From positions 1 to 61,758 of the forward strand of contig CAZEWA010000003.1 in the NCBI GenBank assembly GCA_964515685.1: 61,758 nucleotides of DNA, read 5' to 3'. This document shows, piece by piece, positions 45,705 to 55,500 of this stretch (position 1 is the stretch's first letter; each line of letters opens with the position of its first letter). Origin of the DNA: an uncultured Polyangiales bacterium (lineage in GTDB: Bacteria > Myxococcota_A > Polyangia > Polyangiales > DASUME01). Below the pieces are notes generated by a model. The model ran no database searches, had not been told where the DNA came from, and saw nothing but the letters and a program-made list of their open reading frames with translations. A program made the position numbers and the translations under genes.

Positions 45705-47330
45705 CTAGGACTCTTCGAGCTCCTGCGTTCGGAGCAAGATGCTCCCGTCGGAGACGGAGATGACTTGCTCGTCTTTGTTCGCGACGCGGCGAATATCCAG
45801 CACGGGCTTGGCCTCTCGGTAGTGGTGTTTGACGGAGGTTCCATCGTCGATCTTCTTGCCGAGCAGGAGGTGGTTGCCCTGGCTCTCGGCAGGCAAGCGC
45901 GCGTCCTTTCGCCAATCGAGGAAGCCTACGATGCGAGCTGACTGAAAGTGGATTTCCAGCAGCACTCGCTGGTCTCGGATCGCAGGGAAATAGAATTGCC
46001 CGGGAGCGAAGAGGGGTTCGTACGGTGCGATCACGACAGCGTCGTCCCACAGGGGCACCTTGACGCGATAGTAGTCGAGGGATGTGTCGTCGTCCTTGTT
46101 GGCCTGGTAGGTCCCCTGATCCTCTTCGCCGATCTCGCTGACGACCATGCCTTCAACGAAGATGGGCCAGTGAGGCACTTCGAACGAACCCATCCGCGGC
46201 GCGGTATCGCTCGCGCGCTCAAGCTCCGCGTGGAGGCTGCCCTCATACGTGTTGGCGTCGTCGTCTAAGCTGTCTACGGGGTTCTGGTTCGTGGCGCGCA
46301 GGTCGGCGTGCAGTCGGCGCATCCAGTGAGCTTCCCCGGCTTGCAGAGCGTGGGCGCTCCACTTGGCCCCGAAGGCGTAGGTGAAGCCCGGTCGCACGTT
46401 GCCACGTGGGAAGCGCGAGAAAGCCACGTGCAGCTCTCGATCTGGAGAGATGCTGCGATCCTTCTCCAGCGAGGCCCGCGCGTCGAGATCGGAAGCTATC
46501 GCGGAGCGCATGAGAAAGTCACTGCGGACGCCGGAGACGCTGTCGGTCGCATCGATACTCTTGACCTTGGTGGCCGCCAGGGTCGAACCGTTGAGTACGC
46601 GAGGGGTCGCGCGGGAGCGGACCGGAAAGAACACGCGCAGGGAGGCTGTTTCGTCCGGTCTCAGGTCGTCTCCCTTGCCGAGTGGAATGCGGTTCGACCC
46701 GAGCCGGTATTCGAGCTTTTCGGCGTCGTACTGCAGATAGCCTCCCTCCGTGTAGGTGAGCCATCGCGTGAAGTCGTAGAAGGACGCACGCAGGTCGCCC
46801 GCGTCCAAGCCCAGGCAGATCACGGGCCGCACCTCGTTCAAGAAGGGCCACTCGTACTTCAGCTCGACGCCCTCTGGCAGATTGGCCCCGAACATGTCGG
46901 CGAGGGTCTTGTCGCAATACAGGGCGCACGGTCTGTGCTGGGCCCAAAGAACGGCGAGCTTGTCGGCGAAGCGCACATTGTAGCGCCGCTGCATGATAGG
47001 GGAGCCAGAAAGGTCCTCGAAGGCCCGCTCCGAAAGCTCGCGGGTTGTCACCAGGCCCTTGAGCACGACGGGCGCGACGACCCCCGCCTCGTCATCGTAC
47101 AGGGGCTCCAGGTTCAAGGTCGCCTCGATCAGATCGTTCTCTACGAAAGGTTCCTTGAGCTTGTCCTCCGATGGGTCGCGCAAGCTCACGTGCCACCACG
47201 TCACGTCTGCTTCAAAGCCCTGCGCCGTCCAGTCGAAGGCCATCGCCTTGATGTTTCCGCCGGGAACGCTGAAGTCCTTGCCGCCGATCGTGAGTTTCAA
47301 GGATGCTCGCAGTCGACTTCGGAGCGTCAC
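45705..47330 (-). CDS. vgrG: VgrG-like spike/hub protein (gp27-like plus gp5 OB-fold), short C-terminus
   Basis: 541 aa. The N-terminal pattern LKLTIGGKDFSV...FEADVTWW...RRYNVRFADKLAVLWAQHRPCALYCDKTLADMF parallels the VgrG gp27 region. YYRVKVPLWDD...GQFYFPAIRDQRVLLEIHFQSARIVGFL parallels the gp5 OB-fold. GTG start with GTGA overlap onto the tssE stop. Confidence 0.65.
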   Translation of the reverse strand: MTLRSRLRASLKLTIGGKDFSVPGGNIKAMAFDWTAQGFEADVTWWHVSLRDPSEDKLKEPFVENDLIEATLNLEPLYDDEAGVVAPVVLKGLVTTRELSERAFEDLSGSPIMQRRYNVRFADKLAVLWAQHRPCALYCDKTLADMFGANLPEGVELKYEWPFLNEVRPVICLGLDAGDLRASFYDFTRWLTYTEGGYLQYDAEKLEYRLGSNRIPLGKGDDLRPDETASLRVFFPVRSRATPRVLNGSTLAATKVKSIDATDSVSGVRSDFLMRSAIASDLDARASLEKDRSISPDRELHVAFSRFPRGNVRPGFTYAFGAKWSAHALQAGEAHWMRRLHADLRATNQNPVDSLDDDANTYEGSLHAELERASDTAPRMGSFEVPHWPIFVEGMVVSEIGEEDQGTYQANKDDDTSLDYYRVKVPLWDDAVVIAPYEPLFAPGQFYFPAIRDQRVLLEIHFQSARIVGFLDWRKDARLPAESQGNHLLLGKKIDDGTSVKHHYREAKPVLDIRRVANKDEQVISVSDGSILLRTQELEES

Positions 47331-47719
47331 GACACGTTCCTCGGCTTCTCGCCCACGTGGATCTCCGTGCGCCGTGGGTTGCAGATCACGAAGAGGGACA
47401 CGCCGCTGGTGAGGACTCGGCAGTGGGCGAGCACCATCGCCTCTTGGGTGTCGTCGTCGAAGACCTCGTCACAACGCAGGATCTCGAGCCGCCTCTCGTA
47501 GAGCCCCACGTTCTCCCTGATTTGCAGGCTGATCTCCGACACCATGGTCTGGACCGTGCCGTAGCCAGTCGTGGAGAGCCCATAGTTTTCGCGAAACGAG
47601 CTGCACCCTCTGCGGGCCACGAACATGGCTCGCAGGTTGAGGAGTATGTCCTCGAGCTCCAGGGCGGCAGGACTCTTCATGGGCTCGGGTTTGGCGATGA
47701 AGTGCTTTCGAAGGAACAT
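47327..47719 (-). CDS. tssE: T6SS baseplate wedge protein TssE (GPW/gp25-like)
   Basis: LELEDILLNLRAMFVARRGCSSFRENYGL...ISLQIRENVGLYERRLEILRCDEV matches the gp25/TssE pattern. I prefer the ATG at 47719 because GGAG lies 7 nt upstream; the track start is 47743. Confidence 0.65.
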   Translation of the reverse strand: MFLRKHFIAKPEPMKSPAALELEDILLNLRAMFVARRGCSSFRENYGLSTTGYGTVQTMVSEISLQIRENVGLYERRLEILRCDEVFDDDTQEAMVLAHCRVLTSGVSLFVICNPRRTEIHVGEKPRNVS

Positions 47720-47733
47720 TGCGCGGCTCCTGG

Positions 47734-48846
47734 TTAGCGCCAAAGGTGATCGTGACGTGGCTTCGAAGAAAGCCGCGTGCGCTCGCTCGCGCTGTAGACG
47801 AGCTCATCGTCCGGGGGGCGGTCGTCGCATATCCCGTCCGCGGTCGGGTCCCCGGTGTTTCCCTCAAACAGGATGATCCTCTGGCGTGGGCCGACAAGAC
47901 TCTCCCAGATGCGTGTGGCCTTTCTCTCTGGATCTCCGCGCCAGGGATAGCGGACATCGAGCGGAATCTCGCCCAGTACGCGGTCATACCCGAGGACCGA
48001 GTACCCTTCTCGTGTGGGCGCCGATGTCTTGCTGATGACGGCGCTGGTGCGATGGGGCAGATCGAGCTCGACCTGCAGCGGAAGCCGGAACGGTCTCAGA
48101 AGCGGCATCAGCGTGCGCGACAGGCGCGCACGCACGAGATCGTACCAGCGTTCTCCGTGATCGTGGTACTCGTCCGCGGCGAAGAGCCTGACCGCGAAAC
48201 CCGGCGCGACAGTCTCGAACACGTGCCCCACCACGGCTGTGCCGTCGAGCCGAGATGAGCCCGTCCTCGCTCCAAAGCTCTGGTTGTGCTCAGGCTGAGC
48301 CATTCTCCGTACCTCGACGATGAACTCGGGGAAGAGGCTGTGAAACAGCCAGTGCAAGGTGCTCATCGAGGCCGTCCCCAACGCATGAAGCAGCGCCCGC
48401 TTGGTGCGGCCCCAGTCCTCGAAGACGAGCCCATCGGTTTCGGGAGAGATGGCACGCGCGTAGTTGTCGAGCAGCTTGTGCTCGAAGAACCGGAAGAATG
48501 AGAGCATCCGATCGGGATCGGGACTTGTCTCCAGTATGCCCTGGAAGTAGCTCGGAAGGAGTCCATGGCCGCCCCACAGGCCGATGTTGAGTGTGATGGT
48601 GACGTAGTCGCTCGCCGATTGGGCGTCGGGCGCGCTGAAGGAGCCAATGTCGTGGCGGCTCCAAAACTTGACCGACTCCACGAGCGATCGCGCAGAGTGT
48701 GAACCCGGATGGCTCTGCAGGAAGGTCCGCTCGCGGGCGTACCCTTGCGCGGCCAAAAGGCGCAACAGGGCGGGTAGATCGAAGTCACGCGCCCGCTGCG
48801 TCACGCGTCTCTCGAAGGCCTGGCATGGAAGCGCCGCGGCTTTCAT
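47734..48846 (-). CDS. tssG: T6SS baseplate protein TssG
   Basis: 370 aa. DFDLPALLRLLAAQGY, ITLNIGLWGGHGLLPSYFQGIL, MLSFFRFFEHKLLDNYARA and LFPEFIVEVRRMAQ follow the conserved TssG blocks. Confidence 0.7.
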   Translation of the reverse strand: MKAAALPCQAFERRVTQRARDFDLPALLRLLAAQGYARERTFLQSHPGSHSARSLVESVKFWSRHDIGSFSAPDAQSASDYVTITLNIGLWGGHGLLPSYFQGILETSPDPDRMLSFFRFFEHKLLDNYARAISPETDGLVFEDWGRTKRALLHALGTASMSTLHWLFHSLFPEFIVEVRRMAQPEHNQSFGARTGSSRLDGTAVVGHVFETVAPGFAVRLFAADEYHDHGERWYDLVRARLSRTLMPLLRPFRLPLQVELDLPHRTSAVISKTSAPTREGYSVLGYDRVLGEIPLDVRYPWRGDPERKATRIWESLVGPRQRIILFEGNTGDPTADGICDDRPPDDELVYSASERTRLSSKPRHDHLWR

Positions 48847-49854
48847 CTAGCCTCTCCTGTGCTGCTGCGGGCTCGCCTCGGCTTCGAGGTCTGCGAAACC
48901 GTCGAGGTCCGTGCGATAGAGCTGGCTCAGGAGGCTCCACTCCAGTCCCTCACGCTCCTCCCAGTACGGAGCGAGCTCGCTGACGTGGCCTGACAGCGCG
49001 CGAAAGTAGCTGCGAAACAGCGCCGGGAAGTAGAGCACGGGGTCGAAGCTTTCGAGTAGCTTGTTCACATCGTCGGCGACGATGGCCGCCCGCTTGTACG
49101 AGCCTTTGGTCGCGAGCGCCTGAAAGACGCGCAGCTTGGCGCAGAGCGCGACGAAGTGAGGGGAGACATCGAGTGAGACGGATCTCTCCTCGGGACTCAA
49201 GGCTTCGATGGGCGTGAGCTCTCCGCGATCGAGCGGCTCGAGGGGAGCATTCCGCGGAGTGGAAGCCGTTTGGAAATCCGGGGGCTGGTCGCGGCCCGTC
49301 CGTGGGTCCTCGTTGTCCGAGGTTGGGAGGGCGCGCAGTTCGTGGACGAACACCACCAAGGAGGACGTCGCACCGGTCAAGTTCCTCTCTGAAAAGAGGG
49401 AGAGAAGGTCGTCCGTGCGCGCAAGGCAGGCTTGCTTGAGGGGCTCGGTGAAGGCTTCGTTCCAGCGCCCTTCGAGGGTGGCCGGTGTGCCCCGCGCGCG
49501 AAGGTTCTCCGCCATGACGCGAAACAACCACTCGAGCCGCTTGTCGAAGTGCTGCGTGCGCATGCTGAGCGGGCCGATGCTGTCTCCGCGGACTTTCAGG
49601 AGGGCCTCGAGCGCGTCGAGTAGCGCCGGAACCCCTGCCGGTCCCGTTTCTACGAAGTGTCCGTGCAGGCAGTACACGGCGAGCCGGATGTCGTGTATCC
49701 CTTCGTTCCAGAGCGATGCCGCCGCGTTCGCAGCCTTGTCGAACGCGGACTTTTCCCACAGCGAGACGATGGCCTCGTACGCCCCTTCATTGAAGAGAGG
49801 CTTCGGTGTCTCCGTGTCGGCGGGCAACCGGAGCAGCGATGCGAGGGGTTCCAT
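48847..49854 (-). CDS. TssA-like (ImpA N-terminal-domain-like) protein
   Basis: About 335 aa from MEPLASLLRLP. SLWNEGIHDIRLAVYCLHGHFVETGPAGVPALLDALEALL resembles the ImpA_N core. The match is weak and the position in the cluster is the main support. Confidence 0.4.
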   Translation of the reverse strand: MEPLASLLRLPADTETPKPLFNEGAYEAIVSLWEKSAFDKAANAAASLWNEGIHDIRLAVYCLHGHFVETGPAGVPALLDALEALLKVRGDSIGPLSMRTQHFDKRLEWLFRVMAENLRARGTPATLEGRWNEAFTEPLKQACLARTDDLLSLFSERNLTGATSSLVVFVHELRALPTSDNEDPRTGRDQPPDFQTASTPRNAPLEPLDRGELTPIEALSPEERSVSLDVSPHFVALCAKLRVFQALATKGSYKRAAIVADDVNKLLESFDPVLYFPALFRSYFRALSGHVSELAPYWEEREGLEWSLLSQLYRTDLDGFADLEAEASPQQHRRG

Positions 49855-49882
49855 GGATGACTCTCCGCGACAATGGTGAAGG

Positions 49883-50269
49883 TTAGATCTGAACTGTAAG
49901 CTGGCCGGGGTTGACCACACTCACGACGCCGCCCCAGGCGCAGATCAGGGTGGAGCTTTGGTCGAGCGCCGGCATCCCTCCGATCAGAATGTTCGGCTTA
50001 CCCGGGAGCCAAGGAGCGACAGTGGCAGGGATGCAAGGTTGAGGAGTCAGCACACCGAGCGCGGCGGCCGTCGCCGCGGCGACGAGCGGGTTGGCGAGCG
50101 ACGAGCACACGCCGAAGGGAAGAACGTTCGCCAAGGGGATGTTGTCCATCACGGTCGCAACCGGCATGGCTTGCGCGATGACCGCCGTTTTGGGGACGAC
50201 CGTGAGCACCGAGGGCGCGGCGCCGAAAGAACACTTGAGGGTGGCTCCCATACACACTTGACAGCTCAT
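49883..50269 (-). CDS. DUF4280 (PAAR-like) spike-tip protein
   Basis: 128 aa from MSCQVCMGATLKCSFGAAPSVLTV...NVLPFGVCSS...PQPCIPATVAPWLPGKPNILIGGMPALDQSSTLICAWGGVVSVVNPGQ, a classic DUF4280 Cys pattern. ATGA overlap with the upstream gene's stop at 50266. Confidence 0.8.
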   Translation of the reverse strand: MSCQVCMGATLKCSFGAAPSVLTVVPKTAVIAQAMPVATVMDNIPLANVLPFGVCSSLANPLVAAATAAALGVLTPQPCIPATVAPWLPGKPNILIGGMPALDQSSTLICAWGGVVSVVNPGQLTVQI

Positions 50270-52056
50270 GGTCGGCGACTCTCTTGTCCAGGCTCCATCG
50301 AGGGAAGCGCTGCGGGCTCTGCTCCGAGCAGCGCGAGCGTGCGCTTGAGCGCAGCGAGCTCGACAAACACGGCGCGGCGGGCTTTGTGGAACAGGACATT
50401 GCCGAGCACCTGCCTTCGCGCCCAATCGGAGTCCACCGCGCCTTGGTCGTCCAGGTGGGGAAGAAGCGGCAGCAGATGAATCTGTTGAGGTAAGGCCCAT
50501 GCGCCGAGTTCACGCTCGATGAGCCCGCGAATGTGGTGGGTCAGGGTGCTCCTCGAGCGCTCAACTTCCTCTGCCGCACGTGGGTCGACGAAGACGATCA
50601 GCAGCGCCTCGGAGTGGTTGACTTGATGGGTCGCGGGGAGCATGACGGCCGTCGCGCAGTCGGCGATGGCATGGTGGACGAGTAGGCGGGAGACCTCCGC
50701 GCTGGGATAGCGAACGCCAGCGCGCCACGCGTCGAGGGAACCCAAGAGCTGGTAGTGGTCCTGGTTCTCGGAGAGCAGAAATTGTCCGGCGCGACCGTCC
50801 ATGAGCTCTCCTTGTGGCCGGAATATCCCGACGGAGCCTATCGCCGGTTCGCCGCTTCCATTCGTGTCTTCCAGCGACCAGGCTTGTCCAGGGCTCGGCA
50901 TGACGGAGAACAACTCAGGGCGCTCCTGCTTGCGCGAAAAGAGCAGGGAGCCACCGCAGGCGGCCGAGGCCAATAGGTTGAATCCTCGCGCTCCCTGGGG
51001 CGCTAGCGCCTTGGAGAAGTCATCCCAGCGCGTGAAGTCGGCGGGCTGGGCGGGATCGCGGAACCAGCGGCCTACTTCGAGTGCTGCGAGCTCTCGCGAC
51101 TCCAGTAAAAGGTCGCGAAGCTCTGGTGTCACCCCCAAGAGCGAGGGCCGAGCCTCCACCAATCGCCGGGGGTTTTGCGTCACCTGGGCTAGGTCGAGGA
51201 AAGCGTACTCTCCGCCGCCAAACCAAGTGACGAGCATCAGCCACGGATGCATCACGACCGGATCGAAGCCGGGCGCGGCCACGCGCTCGCCGGGCTGGAC
51301 AGGCAAGATGAGCCCAGCGTCTCGCAGGAGCCCCGTGTAGAGCCCGTGGGCGCTGAGCTCGCAGGGCATCTCCGAAGAGGGCGCGTAGGGCGAAAAGAGC
51401 TGGAGAGCGGGGTCGTCAGCGCCGTAACGATGGGCGCTTGGCGCGATCGTGGGAGCCTTGAACTGGGGATCCATCAGGGGCAGCACGCGATCGGCGAACG
51501 CGCCGAGCCAGGGCTCGAAGAGGCGGTCCACTACGATGTAGTCTGGCGTGAGCGCGGCCACTCGATGCTGTACGAAAGCAGCCCCATGCGGCGGGATGCA
51601 GGCGACCTGAAGTCCAGAGCGCAGCGCCGCGAGCACGGCGACGGCGTACTCGGGGCCAGGGTCTGCGATCACGCAGACGATTTCGCCTGGTGCGACGCCC
51701 TGCGTCAACCAGTAGGCGTGGATCCGAGTCGCTTGCTTCCCGAGTAGCTCGAAATCAACTTGTAGCGCATCCCCGCCTGGATCTGTCCAGCGCAGCGCCT
51801 GGAGCCGCCTGCTCGTGCGTCGAAAGCGCTCGCAGAGGTCGTGAAAAAAGTCGTAGCGCATCCCTAGCTCGCTCTGGAGGCGAACACCGCTTTCGCCCTC
51901 GAGGCGCTGCATGAGCGAAGCGTAGAACCCCTCGGGGTTGGCGAACGATCGCGCGTGCCACGAGGCGTCGAAGTCCTTCGCGCTGGCGAGCCCGCCCACG
52001 GCGGACGAAATGGCGCCGAGGTCGAAAGGGAGCGGTTGTTCGGGTCTGCTGATCAC
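50266..52056 (-). CDS. ANL-superfamily (acetyl/acyl-CoA-synthetase-like) protein with degenerate catalytic motifs
   Basis: 596 aa. The N-terminal half follows the ACS layout (ALRWTDPGGDALQVDFELLGKQATRIHAYWLTQGVAPGEIVCVIADPGPEYAVAVLAALRSGLQV). The P-loop position reads QLFSPYAPSSEMPCE (nt 51358-51402) instead of YTSGTTGxPKG. The A10 lysine region reads LPHLDDQGAVDSDW. GTG start 2 nt after the tssJ stop. Confidence 0.65.
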   Translation of the reverse strand: MISRPEQPLPFDLGAISSAVGGLASAKDFDASWHARSFANPEGFYASLMQRLEGESGVRLQSELGMRYDFFHDLCERFRRTSRRLQALRWTDPGGDALQVDFELLGKQATRIHAYWLTQGVAPGEIVCVIADPGPEYAVAVLAALRSGLQVACIPPHGAAFVQHRVAALTPDYIVVDRLFEPWLGAFADRVLPLMDPQFKAPTIAPSAHRYGADDPALQLFSPYAPSSEMPCELSAHGLYTGLLRDAGLILPVQPGERVAAPGFDPVVMHPWLMLVTWFGGGEYAFLDLAQVTQNPRRLVEARPSLLGVTPELRDLLLESRELAALEVGRWFRDPAQPADFTRWDDFSKALAPQGARGFNLLASAACGGSLLFSRKQERPELFSVMPSPGQAWSLEDTNGSGEPAIGSVGIFRPQGELMDGRAGQFLLSENQDHYQLLGSLDAWRAGVRYPSAEVSRLLVHHAIADCATAVMLPATHQVNHSEALLIVFVDPRAAEEVERSRSTLTHHIRGLIERELGAWALPQQIHLLPLLPHLDDQGAVDSDWARRQVLGNVLFHKARRAVFVELAALKRTLALLGAEPAALPSMEPGQESRRP

Positions 52057-52058
52057 TC

Positions 52059-52568
52059 CTATCTCTTCTCGCCTACGTCTGCCGCTCGCCGAATCGCTCG
52101 CTCTTCGATGACGAACCCGAGCTGTGCCTGATGTGGACTTGGCAAGAGCACTTTCCAGGCGCTGCTTCGGTTGGTGAAGAAGACATAGAGCGCGAGGTCG
52201 GCACCCTCCGTGACACGCAGGTCGAGAGACCTGGACTCGCCCGGGTAAACCAATCCCTGCCGCAAGACGGTACTATCCGGCTCGCTCTGCAGAGCCATCG
52301 ACAACGCCGCGTCGTAGCCGAGGGCAAAGCCATCGCGCTCCGTGAGCTCTCGGACCATGTAGTATACGGGCCTTCGCTCGTTTCCCTTGGGTCCTGCGAT
52401 GAGTCCGAGCTTGATGGGAACGCCCTTCTCCTTGACCGGTGTCGTCTCGGCCGTGCTCGATGCTGTGTGGGACCTCGCGCAGCCGAGCAGCACCCACACG
52501 AGCACGAGCCATGGACAGGCGCGCCGTACGGCCGTGCGGGGCGAGGTCGCGTGCAGCTCGCGTATCAT
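52059..52568 (-). CDS. tssJ: T6SS outer-membrane lipoprotein TssJ (SciN-like)
   Basis: About 169 aa from MIRELH. Lipobox LLGC. IKLGLIAGPKGNERRPVYYMVRELTERDGF...LVYPGESRSLDLRVTEGADLALYVFFTNRSSAWKVLL follows the TssJ pattern. ATGA overlap with the tssM stop. The track ORF (to 52856) is over-extended. Confidence 0.65.
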   Translation of the reverse strand: MIRELHATSPRTAVRRACPWLVLVWVLLGCARSHTASSTAETTPVKEKGVPIKLGLIAGPKGNERRPVYYMVRELTERDGFALGYDAALSMALQSEPDSTVLRQGLVYPGESRSLDLRVTEGADLALYVFFTNRSSAWKVLLPSPHQAQLGFVIEERAIRRAADVGEKR

Positions 52569-55500
52569 CGACGCGCTCTCTTCTGGCAGAGCGAGCTCTC
52601 CTGGAGAAGCGCGAACGGCGCGAACGGGTCCTTCTCGAACCGTAGGCGTACCGCAGGCTTTCGCGCTGTCGCGCGCGGGGCGGCGAGCGTCCAAGTGCCG
52701 ATGCATCCATTGGGGCCCTTGGCCTCGACCACGAGCTGCTTCGTCAGATGAAGGAGTGCCCAGTGTGAGCGCGGCGTGGAAATGAAGGAGCTCGCGTCCG
52801 CGCCTCCCGAAGTGCGTACGCGCGCGGTCAGCTCCGCGTCGTGGGCGTCGAGCCACGGTATCGCCACGCTCATGGGCATGGGGGCTTGGTTGACGTAGGG
52901 CAATTCGGCTCGCTCACCACTGCGGAGCTCGATGCGCTCGAGGCCAGATTCCGAGTCGAAGGGGAGAAGTTCCACACTAACGCCGTAGGCTTTGGGCGCG
53001 CCATCCTCCCGCCATAGTTGCCTCTGCAATGCTTGGATGCGCGACCAGGTTTGGTGCAGCTCACGGGGCACCAGACCGTGGCCTCCACGGACGAGCGGTG
53101 CGACCAGGAGATCGTAGGTCTTGGGTAAGGAGCCCTGGCCCGGGTGCAACACCGCGATCAGGCTGGCCGGGCTCGCGTCGGTCGCGGAGTGGGGGTCGAA
53201 AGGGAAGTGCCCGCTCAGGACTTTGAGCTGTGGCTTCAAGCTCGCTTCCCACACCGCTGCCCCGATCTCCCTCAGGCGACGTAGTCCGAGGTCGCGGAGC
53301 GCCAGGATCGGGGCTTCGAACATCGGCGTGAGCAGCGGGGGGATCTGCGCGGTCAAGCGCCAGGTATCGAAGCGCGCTTGCACAGAGTCCTCGGCGCCGG
53401 CGAGGATCGGCAGCACGAGTCTCGCGGCGGGGCTCAGCAAGTCAGCCAACCGCACCTCTCGACCCTCTGCTGCCGCCGCCTGGAGTCGCTCTGTTGCAGA
53501 GCTGCCAGCGCCTTGAGCGAGTTCGTTGGCGATGTCACGCAAGAGGTTTTGATACTCAGAGAGCGCAGCATCGAGCGCCTCGCCGTCGCTCTGAGGGGAC
53601 GGAAGGTCGAAACGTCCAAGCGCGTCGGCGAGCGCGGAAAGCGGGCCGTCCTCCCCGCTGCTGGCTTGGGCGTCGCCGCGTACATCGGTGATCTGCTGCG
53701 CGCTCGAGAGCGCGAGCTGCAGCGCCGCGGAAGGGCTACCAAGGCTGTTGAGCTTGGAGGAAAGACCTTTTTCAAAGAGATCGGCGAAGGACGCCTCAAC
53801 CGTGGACAGCTCGTGCGTCACGCCGTGCCCGTAGCTCTCCCCGTAGGCGACGGCGAGCCTGTCTACGGCGGTCATCCATGCGCTACGGAGCGCTGGCAGG
53901 GGAGCGAGAGCTTGGGAGAGGGAGGAGGCAGCAAGAAACAGTGGCTTGAGATGAGTCAGATAGATCTCGCGCTTGAGCGGGGCGCCAGGGGATAAGCCGA
54001 GCAGCTTGCGTCCTGGGTCACCGAGCGCGGAAGGCGCGGCGTCATCCGCTGGGATCGCGCGTTCGACCTGCTCGGTGAAAGCGGCGATGATGAAGCGCAT
54101 GCGCATGCGACCCACGGTGCGTAGCAGGTTGATACTCGAGTAGATAGCGCCACTTTCGCCATCGGGCTTGGGGATCGAAATGACATCGCTCCACGCGCGG
54201 GGCTCTCCGAGGGGGGCAGAGAGCTCTCCGCACGTACTCGGGTGAGCGTCTTGGGGCCGCGCGGCGAGTTCATGGCGTGTGCAGAGCTCGGCCCAGAGGT
54301 CTTGCATCGCCTGCTGGAGCGTGTAGTCGCCTTCGAGCGGTCGTGGGGTAGAGATGGACAGCACGAGACTCAGGAGCGGATTCCGTTCCTGCGCTGTCTG
54401 GGAGACCTTGCCTGTGCGCGGCATCAAGCCGCCCAGCGTGCTCTTGTAGTGCTGCGCGGGCTGGTCGTCTTCGAGGCGATCGAGGATGTCATAGGCGAGC
54501 CAGTGCTGCCCGATCCATCGCAAGCGCTTCTTGAGCGAGTCTTGCTGGGTCTGTGCGCTTCGCTTGAGCTCGCTCAGCTTACCAGGGGAGGCGTCCGCGT
54601 CATCACGTACGAAGTCATTCAAATCGGCGAGCCACTTCTGCCAAGGGAGCGCCACTTCAGCCACGGGAAGCGCACGAGGGACAGGCAACGTGAGGCCGCT
54701 CAGGTCGGGAGGCGGCGCCGCGGCCAAGTATCCGCGCAGGGATTCGGTGTCGAAAGGGGTGTGCGTCACGAATTCGGGCAAATCTTCTCCTAGGGCAAGC
54801 TGCTTGAGCTCTTCGTTGCCCGGCGCGTGAAGAAGTCCGAGCAGAAAGAGCCCGTCAATCTGACTGTCAGAGTCTCCGTTGGAGATGCTGAGCGCCGTCG
54901 CGGGCAGCAGTAAGCGATCGCGGAACAGGACGGAGGCTTTGCGGGCGACTACCGGCGCCGCGCTTGCGAAGAAGGGAAAGGCAGGCAGAGGCAGACCCGT
55001 CTTGACGCCGCCCGAGACGAACTCCGCGACGGCAGCGCGCGCTTCGATCTCGTTCTTTCTCCATCCTTGGTTACACAACGTTTTGGGATACGCCTCAAGG
55101 CTCGCGATGGCGCTGGAGAAGCGTTGCTCTTCAAGCAGATAGCTGCTGATCGCATAGAAACTGAGTGCGATTGACCCGAGGACCGTGAACCAACGGTGAG
55201 GCCACAGGAGGTACTCGCGTGGCAGCGTCTCCTTACGCGAGCCTGGACGCAGGGGATTGGAGCCCCATCGAGAGGGCGCTTCGGTCGTGTCGGTAAGGAC
55301 CAGCTCGGTCAGCAGAGGGGTCTCGCGCATGCGGACGTGCTTGCCCAATCCCTCGACGAAGACGGCCAGTTTCGAGGCGAGCGCTGGTAGGGCTCGGCAG
55401 AACGCCGTGACACCTCGGCAGTCGTCGGGCGACTGGGTGACGAGCGACTGGGGAAGGACAGTTCCAAACGTGCGGAGAGCCTGCGACATCCCTTCGTCGT

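Noticed and set aside
45484-46050. 188-aa minus-strand ORF spanning the vgrG-like 3' end and the intergenic region.
   Set aside because: It is out of frame with and overlaps the VgrG-like gene. Its composition is Arg/Pro-rich junk. I treat 45131-45704 as non-coding.
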